Below, piece by piece: positions 8,556-16,993 of a DNA stretch of 64,000 nucleotides. The DNA is from Candidatus Villigracilis adiacens (GTDB lineage: Bacteria; Chloroflexota; Anaerolineae; Anaerolineales; Villigracilaceae), in the NCBI GenBank assembly GCA_016703605.1, contig JADJBU010000008.1, positions 91,819 through 155,818 of the forward strand, given 5' to 3'. Under the pieces are notes generated by a model. It was not told the origin of the DNA. It searched no databases and saw only the letters and a program-made list of their open reading frames with translations. The position numbers were made by a program, and so were the translations under genes. Every line of letters starts with the position of its first letter. Within the stretch, counting starts at the first letter, position 1.

Positions 8556-9452
8556 TTATCGAACGCTGTTCGAGTTATCCGACCAATTCGGGGCGACATT
8601 TTCAGGGACGGACTGCTGCCCCTGCGTGTGACTCCTGTGCCAGTTCTTCAGGACGAGATAGGCAATCGGCAAGCCGACTCCCAGCGCCTTTAATTGAATA
8701 TTCTTCCGGTTATGCAGCGACAGGTTGACGAAATAATGCCTCCCATTTCGGCTCTGGGTAAACCGGAACTGGACAATGGCGATCTCGTCGGCGCGGATGG
8801 TCCTTTCGCCAAGAATGTACTTTAAACCCATTGTGTTCCCATCAAGAGTCAGCGCGCGCGGCACAGAAAAGACCATTGACCCAAAGGCAATCGTTATGAG
8901 GACAAAGACCAGCAGGGGCAGGTACTCCACGGGCGAAGTATTCGGCGAATCCATCGTCACATAAACATAGAAAAGCGAAATGCCGAGGATCAGCGTCACG
9001 AAGAGAAATATCAGGACGTAGACCGTCACCCCGCGCTTCATGTCGCTGTATTGGTTCGGGCTGAACAGGTCGGGGCGTCTGACCCCCGCAAATTCGACGA
9101 TCTCTTCGTAGCCCGGCAGCTGCGGGTTGATGGACATTTTCACACCCTCATCCCGGTCGTGAAGTTTCAACGCATACCCCCGCCCCGAAACGCGGTCCAC
9201 CTCCGCCCAGCGCAGCGATTTGACGCCAAATAAATTCTGAATGCTGATCTCTTCGTCCGAGACGGTAACTTTTGCGAATTGCGCCACGAACGCCAACACC
9301 AATAAAAGCATGATGATCGCAACCATTGGCAGAGTAAATGAAATGCCCTCCAGCCCGACCCCAAAAATGATACCGCCGAACAACAGTGCAAAAGACACCA
9401 GAAGCACAACAAAGACCATCGGAGACGATTTATAAACGCGCGGTTCCTTCAT
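8556..9452 (-). CDS. Membrane protein with two tandem (2TM + bPH-like) modules
   Basis: VTVSDEEISIQNLFGVKSLRWAEV and LTLDGNTMGLKYILGERTIRADEI, each preceded by two TM helices. Confidence 0.55.
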   Translation of the reverse strand: MKEPRVYKSSPMVFVVLLVSFALLFGGIIFGVGLEGISFTLPMVAIIMLLLVLAFVAQFAKVTVSDEEISIQNLFGVKSLRWAEVDRVSGRGYALKLHDRDEGVKMSINPQLPGYEEIVEFAGVRRPDLFSPNQYSDMKRGVTVYVLIFLFVTLILGISLFYVYVTMDSPNTSPVEYLPLLVFVLITIAFGSMVFSVPRALTLDGNTMGLKYILGERTIRADEIAIVQFRFTQSRNGRHYFVNLSLHNRKNIQLKALGVGLPIAYLVLKNWHRSHTQGQQSVPENVAPNWSDNSNSVR

Positions 9453-9538
9453 GAAAAGTTCCTTTTCTTGTGGCTAAAAAATCTGCACAACTATACAACA
9501 GAAAAGACGGAATTGGGATAACTTTCATCTCCGCGCCC

Positions 9539-9591
9539 GGAGTCAAAAGTCTCCCGACTTTTGAACCCAACGACGGGAGTCGTTGGACTCC
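9539..9591. repeat. REP-like doublet (GGAGTC head, TCCC loop)
   Basis: GGAGTC-AAAAGTC-TCCC-GACTTTT on + and GGAGTC-CAACGAC-TCCC-GTCGTTG on -; the 20-mer CCAACGACTCCCGTCGTTGG recurs exactly at 4239-4258. Confidence 0.7.
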
Positions 9592-9631
9592 GTCTCTCCC
9601 TTTCCCGCCATAACCCCTGTATAATTACCCC

Positions 9632-10951
9632 ATGTCCATGAACGACGAACCAATCCTTCCCCCACAGCCCGCGAAGGATGAATTGCCCGCCCCGCTGCCT
9701 TCACCGCGAAGGCGGCGCGCCACGCGCCGGTCGCACATCCCAACCGACCCCGAGGGACAGGCGGAGTTAATTGCATCACTGGCTCGCCGCGCATATCCCT
9801 CGTGGGAGTTGTTCGTCTATTCGCTGGTTTGCGGCGCGATCATCGGACTGGGCTATCTACTCGACTCACAGGCAGCGCTTCTCTTCGGAATACTCGTCGC
9901 GCCGCTCATGACCCCCTGGGTGGGTTTCCTGCTTGCCCTGCTCACCGGCTCGATCCGCTTCATGTTCGAAACGCTCATGGCGCTGTTCATCAGCATCATC
10001 TTCGTCTTCCTCGGCGGCTTGCTGACCGGCTTTGCCGCCCTGCCCTTCATGCCCCGAACCTTCGACAACGTCTACCTCCACTCGCGGCTTTGGATTCCCG
10101 AGCTGATCGTCTTCGCCATCGGCGCCATCACCCTCGTCATCTCATTTGCGCGTTCCGAAGAACGTCCCTTCCTGCCGAGCGTCATTGTCGCATACGCCTT
10201 CTTCCTGCCCATCAGCGCCGCCGCCTTCGGTCTTGGCTCCGGCATCCCCAATGTCTGGATGCAGGGCTTGCTGGTCTTTGCCGCCCACTTCGCCTTAACC
10301 GGCATCCTCGGTCTCGTCACGCTCTTCATCCTTCGATTGCGCCCCTCCACCGGTGGATTCATCCTGAGCGGGCTCACCCTGCTCGTCTTCAGCGGAGTCT
10401 TCGTTTTCCTCGCCGCATCAGGCTCCCCGTCCAGGAATGAAGCGGAGATTCCCCAGTTTACGCCGACAAATCAGATTCAGACGGTTCCTTCCCCAAGCCC
10501 GAGCCTGACTCTTCCCCCCAATCCAAACCCAACGCTGACAAAACTCCCCGCCACGCGCACGCCGACAGCGGACCAGTTGACCCCGGAGGGGATCACGCCC
10601 AGCCCCGTCCCGTTGACGTTGGAGATTACCCTGCCGCCGACCGAAACCCCCACCATCACGCTCACCATCCAGCCGACGCCCACGTATGGGCGGGTTGCCG
10701 CCAGCGAGGGCGGCGGCGCGAACCTGCGCGATGAGCCGGGCGGCAACTACGTCATGACCCTGCTCAATGGGACCATTGTCGAAACCTATTCTGAATTCCA
10801 GATCGTGAACGGCAGCACCTGGGTGAAGGTGTATGCGCTCCTCAACGGGCAGCGCATCGAAGGCTGGCTCTTGGAGTCGGTCATCGCCTACGCCACCCCC
10901 GCCCCCAATTTCAGCCCATCGACCACACCCACAGCGACCGTAACGCCATAG
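9632..10951 (+). CDS. DUF389-like membrane protein with Pro/Thr linker and C-terminal SH3b-like domain
   Basis: IIGLGYLLDS..GILVAPLMTP DUF389-type TM bundle; PT-rich stalk; GANLRDEPG..NGTIV..WVKV SH3-like tail. Confidence 0.65.
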   Translation: MSMNDEPILPPQPAKDELPAPLPSPRRRRATRRSHIPTDPEGQAELIASLARRAYPSWELFVYSLVCGAIIGLGYLLDSQAALLFGILVAPLMTPWVGFLLALLTGSIRFMFETLMALFISIIFVFLGGLLTGFAALPFMPRTFDNVYLHSRLWIPELIVFAIGAITLVISFARSEERPFLPSVIVAYAFFLPISAAAFGLGSGIPNVWMQGLLVFAAHFALTGILGLVTLFILRLRPSTGGFILSGLTLLVFSGVFVFLAASGSPSRNEAEIPQFTPTNQIQTVPSPSPSLTLPPNPNPTLTKLPATRTPTADQLTPEGITPSPVPLTLEITLPPTETPTITLTIQPTPTYGRVAASEGGGANLRDEPGGNYVMTLLNGTIVETYSEFQIVNGSTWVKVYALLNGQRIEGWLLESVIAYATPAPNFSPSTTPTATVTP

Positions 10952-11053
10952 ATTACAAACAGCATAACGAATAGCGCATCACGATTTTCTTTTGCGTTTT
11001 ACCATTTTCATTTCATCCATCGCATATTACAAACCACCATTCAAGGAGCAACA

Positions 11054-12502
11054 ATGCCCATTCACTTCGGCACCGACGGCTGGCGCGCCGTCATCTCGGA
11101 TAGTTTCACCTTCGGCAACCTGCGCATGGTTTCGCAAGCCATCGCCGACGCGGTCGCCTCGGACCATTGGGACAAATTCGATTCTGTGGACGCGAAAAAG
11201 ATCGTCATCGGCTACGATACGCGCTTTCTTTCAGACCGCTTTGCGGGAGAAGTGGCGCGCGTGCTTGCCGCGAACGGATTTTCCGTCCTGCTTGCCCAGT
11301 CTGATTCGCCCACGCCTGCCGTTTCGTATGCGGTCAAGAACAACAACGCCATCGCGGGCGTGATGATCACCGCTTCGCACAATGCGCCGCGTTACAACGG
11401 CGTGAAGTTGAAGGGCGCGTTTGGCGGTTCTGCCCTGCCCGAACAATGCCGCCGCGTGGAAGTGTACATCAACGATAACGAAGAACAGGCGCGCGGTCCG
11501 AACCTGATGGATTTCAAAAAAGCGCGTGAAGCGGGGCTGATCCAGAAATTCAACCCCCTGCCCGCCTACTTCGACCATCTGCGGACGCTGATCAAGACCG
11601 ATGTTATTGCCGAGAATCCCCAGCGCTTCGTGGCAGACGCCATGTACGGCTCGGGGCGCGGGGTGATCAAATCCTTTTTGCAGGGGACGGGCTGTGAAGT
11701 CTATGAGATCCGCGGCGAGATGAACCCCGGCTTCGGCGGCGTACATCCGGAGCCGATTGCCAAAAACCTTGGCGCGTTATCGAGCGCGGTCAGCTCGGGC
11801 TTTGGCAGCTTCGGCGTGGTCACCGACGGCGACGCCGACCGTATCGGCGCGATGGACGAGCGCGGCAACTTTGTAGACCCGCATAAGATCATGGCGCTTT
11901 CGTTGAAATACCTGGTTGAGAAGCGCGGCATGAGCGGCTCGGTCGTGCGGACGGTTTCCACCACGCGCATGTTGGACAGACTCGCCAAACGCTACGGTTT
12001 CAAAATCCACGAGACGCCGGTGGGTTTCAATCACATTGCCGATATCATGATGGGCGAGGATGTGTTGATCGGTGGGGAAGAGTCCGGCGGCATTTCGTTC
12101 AAGGGGCACATCCCCGAAGGCGACGGTCCGATCATGGGTTTGCTGGTCGTCGAAATGCTTGCGGCTTCGGGCAAGTCGCTGGGCGAGATGGTGGAAGACC
12201 TGCTCGCGGATGTCGGCCCCGCCTTTTACGAGCGCGTAGACCTGCGCCTCAGCCGCCCTGTTGCCAAAGCCGAGATGACAGAGTTCCTCACTAAAAAGGC
12301 TCCAGCCGAGATCGGCGGCGCGAAAGTCGGCGAGATCAGCCAGCGCGATGGGGTGAAATATATTATGGAGGATGATTCGTGGCTGCTGATCCGCCCATCG
12401 GGAACGGAGCCGGTTCTGCGAGTCTACGCTGAGGGGCGCACGCAGGAGATGGTGAAGGCGCTTTTGGGCTATGGCAGGAAGGTTGCCGAGAGCGTGGTGT
12501 AA
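11054..12502 (+). CDS. Phosphoglucomutase/phosphomannomutase family protein
   Basis: FGTDGWR, ITASHNA (phosphoserine), TDGDADR (metal loop), GGEESGG, RPSGTEP. Confidence 0.95.
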   Translation: MPIHFGTDGWRAVISDSFTFGNLRMVSQAIADAVASDHWDKFDSVDAKKIVIGYDTRFLSDRFAGEVARVLAANGFSVLLAQSDSPTPAVSYAVKNNNAIAGVMITASHNAPRYNGVKLKGAFGGSALPEQCRRVEVYINDNEEQARGPNLMDFKKAREAGLIQKFNPLPAYFDHLRTLIKTDVIAENPQRFVADAMYGSGRGVIKSFLQGTGCEVYEIRGEMNPGFGGVHPEPIAKNLGALSSAVSSGFGSFGVVTDGDADRIGAMDERGNFVDPHKIMALSLKYLVEKRGMSGSVVRTVSTTRMLDRLAKRYGFKIHETPVGFNHIADIMMGEDVLIGGEESGGISFKGHIPEGDGPIMGLLVVEMLAASGKSLGEMVEDLLADVGPAFYERVDLRLSRPVAKAEMTEFLTKKAPAEIGGAKVGEISQRDGVKYIMEDDSWLLIRPSGTEPVLRVYAEGRTQEMVKALLGYGRKVAESVV

Positions 12503-12507
12503 ATATT

Positions 12508-12796
12508 GTACGACAAGGTTCACCTTGTCCTTCTGACGGCGCAAAGTGAACTTTGCGGTACGACAAGGTTCACCTTGTCCTTCTGACGGCGCAAAGTGAA
12601 CTTTGCGGTACGACAAGGTTCACCTTGTCCTTCTGACGGTGCAAAGTAAACTTTGCGGTACGACAAGGTTCACCTTTCGACGGGCAAAGTACTTCGGTAC
12701 GACAAGGTTCACCTTGTCCTTCTGACGGTGCAAAGTAAACTTTGCGGTACGACAAGGTTCACCTTGTCCTTCTGACGGCGCAAAGTAAACTTTGCG
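12508..12796. repeat. BIME-like tandem array of a 50-nt double-hairpin unit (5 full copies plus one 39-nt variant)
   Basis: Unit GTACGACAAGGTTCACCTTGTCCTTCTGACGG(C/T)GCAAAGT(G/A)AACTTTGCG at 12508, 12558, 12608, 12697 and 12747; shortened copy at 12658-12696. Confidence 0.9.
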
Positions 12797-12797
12797 G

Positions 12798-12832
12798 CAA
12801 AAAAATACCCCGATACATCGGGGTATTTTTTT
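12798..12832. terminator. Bidirectional rho-independent terminator
   Basis: AAAAAAATACCCCGAT-AC-ATCGGGGTATTTTTTT between convergent genes. Confidence 0.85.
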
Positions 12833-12848
12833 GAGGTTGGGTAAGCAA

Positions 12849-13424
12849 CTACCGGCTGGGGACGAAGCGCAGTCTGCGGACGACGAGGATGACGATCATG
12901 AAAGCCAGCGCCATGACGACGAGTCCGGGCGCGCCGACGTCATCCACGAAACCGGTATCGGGCAGCCCGGTGGTGGTGGGGACGATGGTCAATTGCGCGA
13001 TGGCAGCCTGGGTCAACGCTGCGCCGACAGTGGCGGTTGCGGCGACTTGGGTTGCATTAAGCGCCTGCGGCGTGCCGGCGCTGGGGTCGGGTGTGTTTGT
13101 GACGGTGGGGACGTTGACGACCGGCGTGTTTGTGGGCTGCAAGGTGGCGGTGGGAACCAGGGCTGCCGCCTGCGTGGCGGTCAGCGCTTCGTTGATGAAG
13201 TTGCTGTTGACGACCGCGGTCTCCGTCAGGGCGGCGTTTTGATCTTCGACCTGCGCGGTGGTGTTCTGGGTGTAGAGATAAACGCCAACGATACAGGCGA
13301 ATGCCAGCAGGATGATCCCGCCGAGAATGCCAGCCGCGATCAGGAAGGTGCGGTTATTATTTGATTCTTCCGGCAGTTGGCCGTCTTCCGGGGTATCGTC
13401 GAAATTGGATTCTTCAAAAGACAT
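12849..13424 (-). CDS. Thr/Ala-rich surface protein with an N-terminal TM helix and a C-terminal LPXTG sorting signal
   Basis: Acidic N-tail, TM (FLIAAGILGGIILLAFACIVGV), TAT/PTNT stalk, then LPDTG + hydrophobic helix + RRLR tail; AGGAG RBS before the ATG at 13424. Confidence 0.75.
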   Translation of the reverse strand: MSFEESNFDDTPEDGQLPEESNNNRTFLIAAGILGGIILLAFACIVGVYLYTQNTTAQVEDQNAALTETAVVNSNFINEALTATQAAALVPTATLQPTNTPVVNVPTVTNTPDPSAGTPQALNATQVAATATVGAALTQAAIAQLTIVPTTTGLPDTGFVDDVGAPGLVVMALAFMIVILVVRRLRFVPSR

Positions 13425-13464
13425 GAAGCACTCTCCTGATTTTTGGTTGAAGGTGATTGGGTAA

Positions 13465-14520
13465 TTATCCCACAACTTCCATGTTTACGAGCGGGACAAT
13501 GATGTTTTCGTTGTTCTCGAGTTTGACCTCCGCAGCCGGGGCGCGCAGCCCGCTGGGCAGCGCTGTCAGCCCGGGTTTGATGGAGACGATGGAGCCGATC
13601 ATGCCCATGGCGGGGGCGCGGCGCATCCGTACCTGCGAGCCGGGGACGAAGGTCTCGGTCTCATTCGGCATGGGCGGGTCGGAGGATGTGGGCAGGGGGA
13701 TGATGATCTCGGGGCGCGAGCCTGAATAGCGGTCGAAGGTTTCGGCGTTCAGCGCCACGTCGCGTTTGGCATTGGTGCTGAGCAATTTATAGGCGACCGA
13801 GTTCATCGGCAGCGATCCGATGCCGTCTGTCACAAGGATCGGATAACGCATTTCGCGCGCTTTTGCCAGCAGACCGGGCACGATGCTGGAGGCGACCAGA
13901 CCACGGGCGGGAAGTTCCGCGAGGGCTTGCAGGGTTTCGAGGTGTTCGATGCGCCCGCCCAGAATGACTGAGCCGCGCAGGCTGACATCCACCTGGTCGG
14001 GGATCAGGACCGTGGCGGGGGTTTGCATCAGGTTGACCATCAAACCGGAGTCGATGCGTCCGTTTCCCCATACGCATTGAACCAGGCCGCCGGAAGCCTG
14101 GATGACCACGCCGCGGTTGGGGATGACCTGAATCACCGTGCCGGGGAAGCCCGCGCGCAATTCGATTTTCGATTCGCCGACTTCCAGCAGGACCTGCCCG
14201 CCTCCCACTGCCACTACGCGCGCTTCGCGCGGCGCGCGGACCGAACGCGGGAATAAGCCTTTGCCGACTGCGATTTCACTGGATGCTGCCAGTTTATCGT
14301 CCACCTGGCATTTGATCAGGCGGTCTGCCGCGGCGGGGGTGACTCCCAGTGAACGCGCCACATCCAGCAGGACATGTTCGCGCGCCCAGCGGGTTTCAGC
14401 GACGACCTCACCGGCGGTTACCTTTTGCTGCGCGCGCGCGGCGACATTGCCCGAGATGGGCAGCAACCGCTCGCGGATGATGGTGGTTAATCCGATGATG
14501 TGGTGAACAGGAGCAAGCAT
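13465..14520 (-). CDS. Conserved hypothetical protein; barrel-sandwich-hybrid-like N-terminal half and KOW/SH3-like C-terminal domain
   Basis: KVTAGEVVAE and SVRAPREARVVAVGGGQVLLE (lipoyl-like strands); C-terminal GSQVRMRRAPAMGMIGSIVSI resembles a KOW motif; 3-nt gap to the upstream gene. Confidence 0.55.
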   Translation of the reverse strand: MLAPVHHIIGLTTIIRERLLPISGNVAARAQQKVTAGEVVAETRWAREHVLLDVARSLGVTPAAADRLIKCQVDDKLAASSEIAVGKGLFPRSVRAPREARVVAVGGGQVLLEVGESKIELRAGFPGTVIQVIPNRGVVIQASGGLVQCVWGNGRIDSGLMVNLMQTPATVLIPDQVDVSLRGSVILGGRIEHLETLQALAELPARGLVASSIVPGLLAKAREMRYPILVTDGIGSLPMNSVAYKLLSTNAKRDVALNAETFDRYSGSRPEIIIPLPTSSDPPMPNETETFVPGSQVRMRRAPAMGMIGSIVSIKPGLTALPSGLRAPAAEVKLENNENIIVPLVNMEVVG

Positions 14521-14523
14521 GAG

Positions 14524-16284
14524 TTATCCGCCTCCCAGCGTCCAGTCCCATTTTTTGATGAGTTCGCGCCGGCGCACCGGGTCGGACGGCATATCGAGCG
14601 GACGCCCACGCCCGTCGAAGACGACTCCCAGGGCGCCGCCGTTGATCTGCATATTTTTCACGCCTCGCCCGGGACCGAAGCCAATATCCACGCCGCGGGC
14701 GGGCTGGATGCTCATTTTTCCGGATTCGCCGCTGCCCAGGGGCAGGACTTCGAGGAAGCCGTACTTCAGATCAACATTTGCTTCTGCGCCGGTATCGTAA
14801 ACGACTTTTGCCTTCAGGATGGTCGCGCCATATTTTGCCGTGACCACCGGGCAGACGACTGTGCCAATGCTCAGGAATGCGCCGGACTCGAGCACATGCA
14901 CCGGCAGGATGTTGTTGACCGAACCTGCCGCGCCGAGGAGGGGCATAAGGTTGTTCTGGTCGAGGATGACGGTGGAAATGCCCACGGGTTGAACCGAGTC
15001 CAGCAGCAGGAGCAGGCTCTGACCGGGGCGCGAAGCGTCGCTTAGGGCGGCGCCCCCGGCGATGATGGGGTCGAAGAGCGGGGTGAGAGTCGGCTTGATG
15101 AAGGCGGCATCCCTCGGAAAATCTTTTCGGGCTTCGCGCACGGCAAGGAACAATGATTGTTTTGCGACCGATTGCGCGATGACCAGGTCTTCCCTGGTGG
15201 CGGGGATGGTTGCGGGGTAAAGCGCCTTTTGATGAAGGAAATCGATGATGGCTGTGGGCGGGATGTCGAGCGTGGACCAGCGCAGGATATCGTCGATGGA
15301 CGTGTAGTTGAGCAGACCGGTCAGGTTCTCGCCCTGCCCAAATTGGGGATACACCTTCAGGACGGACTTGTCCTTGAATCCGGCGGCAATGACCGTGGAC
15401 GATGCGCCCAGGTCGACGCTCAAGAGACCTTTTGGCGAGCCGTAGACGTTGGAAAGAAACCGAACCATGCGCCCCGTGGCGAAGGCGGTCGGCAGGGTGT
15501 GACCTCCCGCCCACAGGTCGAGGATATCGAGCCCTTTGAGCTGCTTTTTGCGGACCTTGATGAACATGTGCGCCAGTTCGCTCTCGGCAGGCGGGATGTT
15601 TTCCTTATCGAGCGAGGGGCGGATGTTGGAACTGAAATGCAGGTGCGAGGCGAGCGAGCCAACCAATGCCTTGACTTCGTCCACAAGTTGGTCGTTGCCC
15701 GCGAAGAGGACGGCGGGGCGTTTTTCTTCGGGCAGAAGGTAGCTGGCAAGCCCGATCGGTTCGAGAAGTTTTTGAACGGAACGCGATGCGCCTCCGTTCG
15801 TGCCCCCGGCGATGATGACCATCTCGGGGCGCTGGCGCAGGATGGTGTCTATCTGTTGTTCGGGCTTGCGCTGCCCTCCGAGGCTGACGGAGTCGATTAT
15901 GCGCGTATAGGTGGATTCAGTCAGGCGGCGGGCGCTTTCGAGCGAGACGTCTTTGAGCAAGCCGACGACGAGCGTGCGCACAGCAGGACCCGCGGATACT
16001 GTGACCACCAGCGCGTCCACGCCGGAGCCGTCGGGCTGGCTTGGCAGGATCAGGTTGCGCGAGACGTCTAGCAGGTTCCTTTTTAGAATGCCCTGCAACG
16101 CCTGAATGGCATTGCGCGCGCCTTCTGAAACATCCCTGAGAGGCGATTCAGCCGTGCTGGGCGCGATTCCCGAAGCCACAAAGCGATATTCGCCTTCGAT
16201 GACGTCGAAAAGCACGGCGCGGGTGTTCGCGGCTCCGATATCGATGGCGAGCATGGAATTGGCGGTGACGATGGAAGTAGGCAT
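14524..16284 (-). CDS. GlmL/MutL(glutamate mutase L)-like ASKHA (actin-fold) ATPase
   Basis: LAIDIGAANTR (phosphate 1), IIAGGTNGG, LSVDLGASST (phosphate 2), IIAGGAAL (adenosine), GGALGVVFDGRGRP. Confidence 0.75.
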   Translation of the reverse strand: MPTSIVTANSMLAIDIGAANTRAVLFDVIEGEYRFVASGIAPSTAESPLRDVSEGARNAIQALQGILKRNLLDVSRNLILPSQPDGSGVDALVVTVSAGPAVRTLVVGLLKDVSLESARRLTESTYTRIIDSVSLGGQRKPEQQIDTILRQRPEMVIIAGGTNGGASRSVQKLLEPIGLASYLLPEEKRPAVLFAGNDQLVDEVKALVGSLASHLHFSSNIRPSLDKENIPPAESELAHMFIKVRKKQLKGLDILDLWAGGHTLPTAFATGRMVRFLSNVYGSPKGLLSVDLGASSTVIAAGFKDKSVLKVYPQFGQGENLTGLLNYTSIDDILRWSTLDIPPTAIIDFLHQKALYPATIPATREDLVIAQSVAKQSLFLAVREARKDFPRDAAFIKPTLTPLFDPIIAGGAALSDASRPGQSLLLLLDSVQPVGISTVILDQNNLMPLLGAAGSVNNILPVHVLESGAFLSIGTVVCPVVTAKYGATILKAKVVYDTGAEANVDLKYGFLEVLPLGSGESGKMSIQPARGVDIGFGPGRGVKNMQINGGALGVVFDGRGRPLDMPSDPVRRRELIKKWDWTLGGG

Positions 16285-16290
16285 GAGACC

Positions 16291-16992
16291 TTAGGATCGT
16301 CCAAATATAGACATGAGGAAGCCGACAATCGAAGCGATGCGTTCGATCAGGGCGGTCAGCGCCGCGGCGTATACGCCTGCAAAGACGGCGCCCAATGCGC
16401 TGCCGATGAAGACCCGCCCCACCCAGGCTAGCAGGTTGATGACGCCCGCCCGCTTTGCCGACCCATCGGGTTTCTGGCGCGCTCCGAAGTGGAAGTATGC
16501 CAGGGAAGTGACCGTTCCCAAAAGGATCACGCCGCCGCTGAGCGCGATCTCGAGCATTTGGTCTGCCGGTTTGGAGATCGCGCCGTCGAAGAAATTAACG
16601 GTGGCTTCGATCTGCGGGATGATGGTCCCGGTCAATGCGCCGACGATGGTCACCGCCGCGCCCACGCCGACCAGGTATGCCATGGTGATGCGCGCCGTCC
16701 CTGCCAGGCGCGGCGAGATCTTCATCAAAATAAAGGCAAAACCCAGCCACGGCGCAGCCAGCAGGATCATGCGGCTGTAATCACCGGTTTGGATGATGTT
16801 CCATGTTGGCAGGAAGAGTTTCGGCATCAGCACCTGCCAGATCACGATCGTCGCGGCATACCCCGAAGCGACGCCGACAAACAGGTAGACCGCGACCTTG
16901 AAGAGCGGGTTGTCGCCGATCAGGTAACTGAGAATCATCACCGTGAACAATAAACTGAGCGCGCCGGTGACGAGGTCGAGGGAGAAGATCAT
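16291..16992 (-). CDS. Conserved multi-pass membrane protein of unknown function
   Basis: About 6 TM helices; LSYLIGDNPLFKVAVYLFVGVASGY; likely ATG at 16992, 1 nt after the upstream stop. Confidence 0.7.
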   Translation of the reverse strand: MIFSLDLVTGALSLLFTVMILSYLIGDNPLFKVAVYLFVGVASGYAATIVIWQVLMPKLFLPTWNIIQTGDYSRMILLAAPWLGFAFILMKISPRLAGTARITMAYLVGVGAAVTIVGALTGTIIPQIEATVNFFDGAISKPADQMLEIALSGGVILLGTVTSLAYFHFGARQKPDGSAKRAGVINLLAWVGRVFIGSALGAVFAGVYAAALTALIERIASIVGFLMSIFGRS

Positions 16993-16993
16993 G

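Noticed and set aside
12508-12796. CRISPR array
   Set aside because: The units are contiguous and near-identical with no unique spacers, and there are no cas genes in the window; the structure fits REP/BIME.
14524-16284. Glutamate fermentation (glutamate mutase) pathway
   Set aside because: No mutase S/E subunits or methylaspartate ammonia-lyase are nearby; only the accessory-like ATPase is present.
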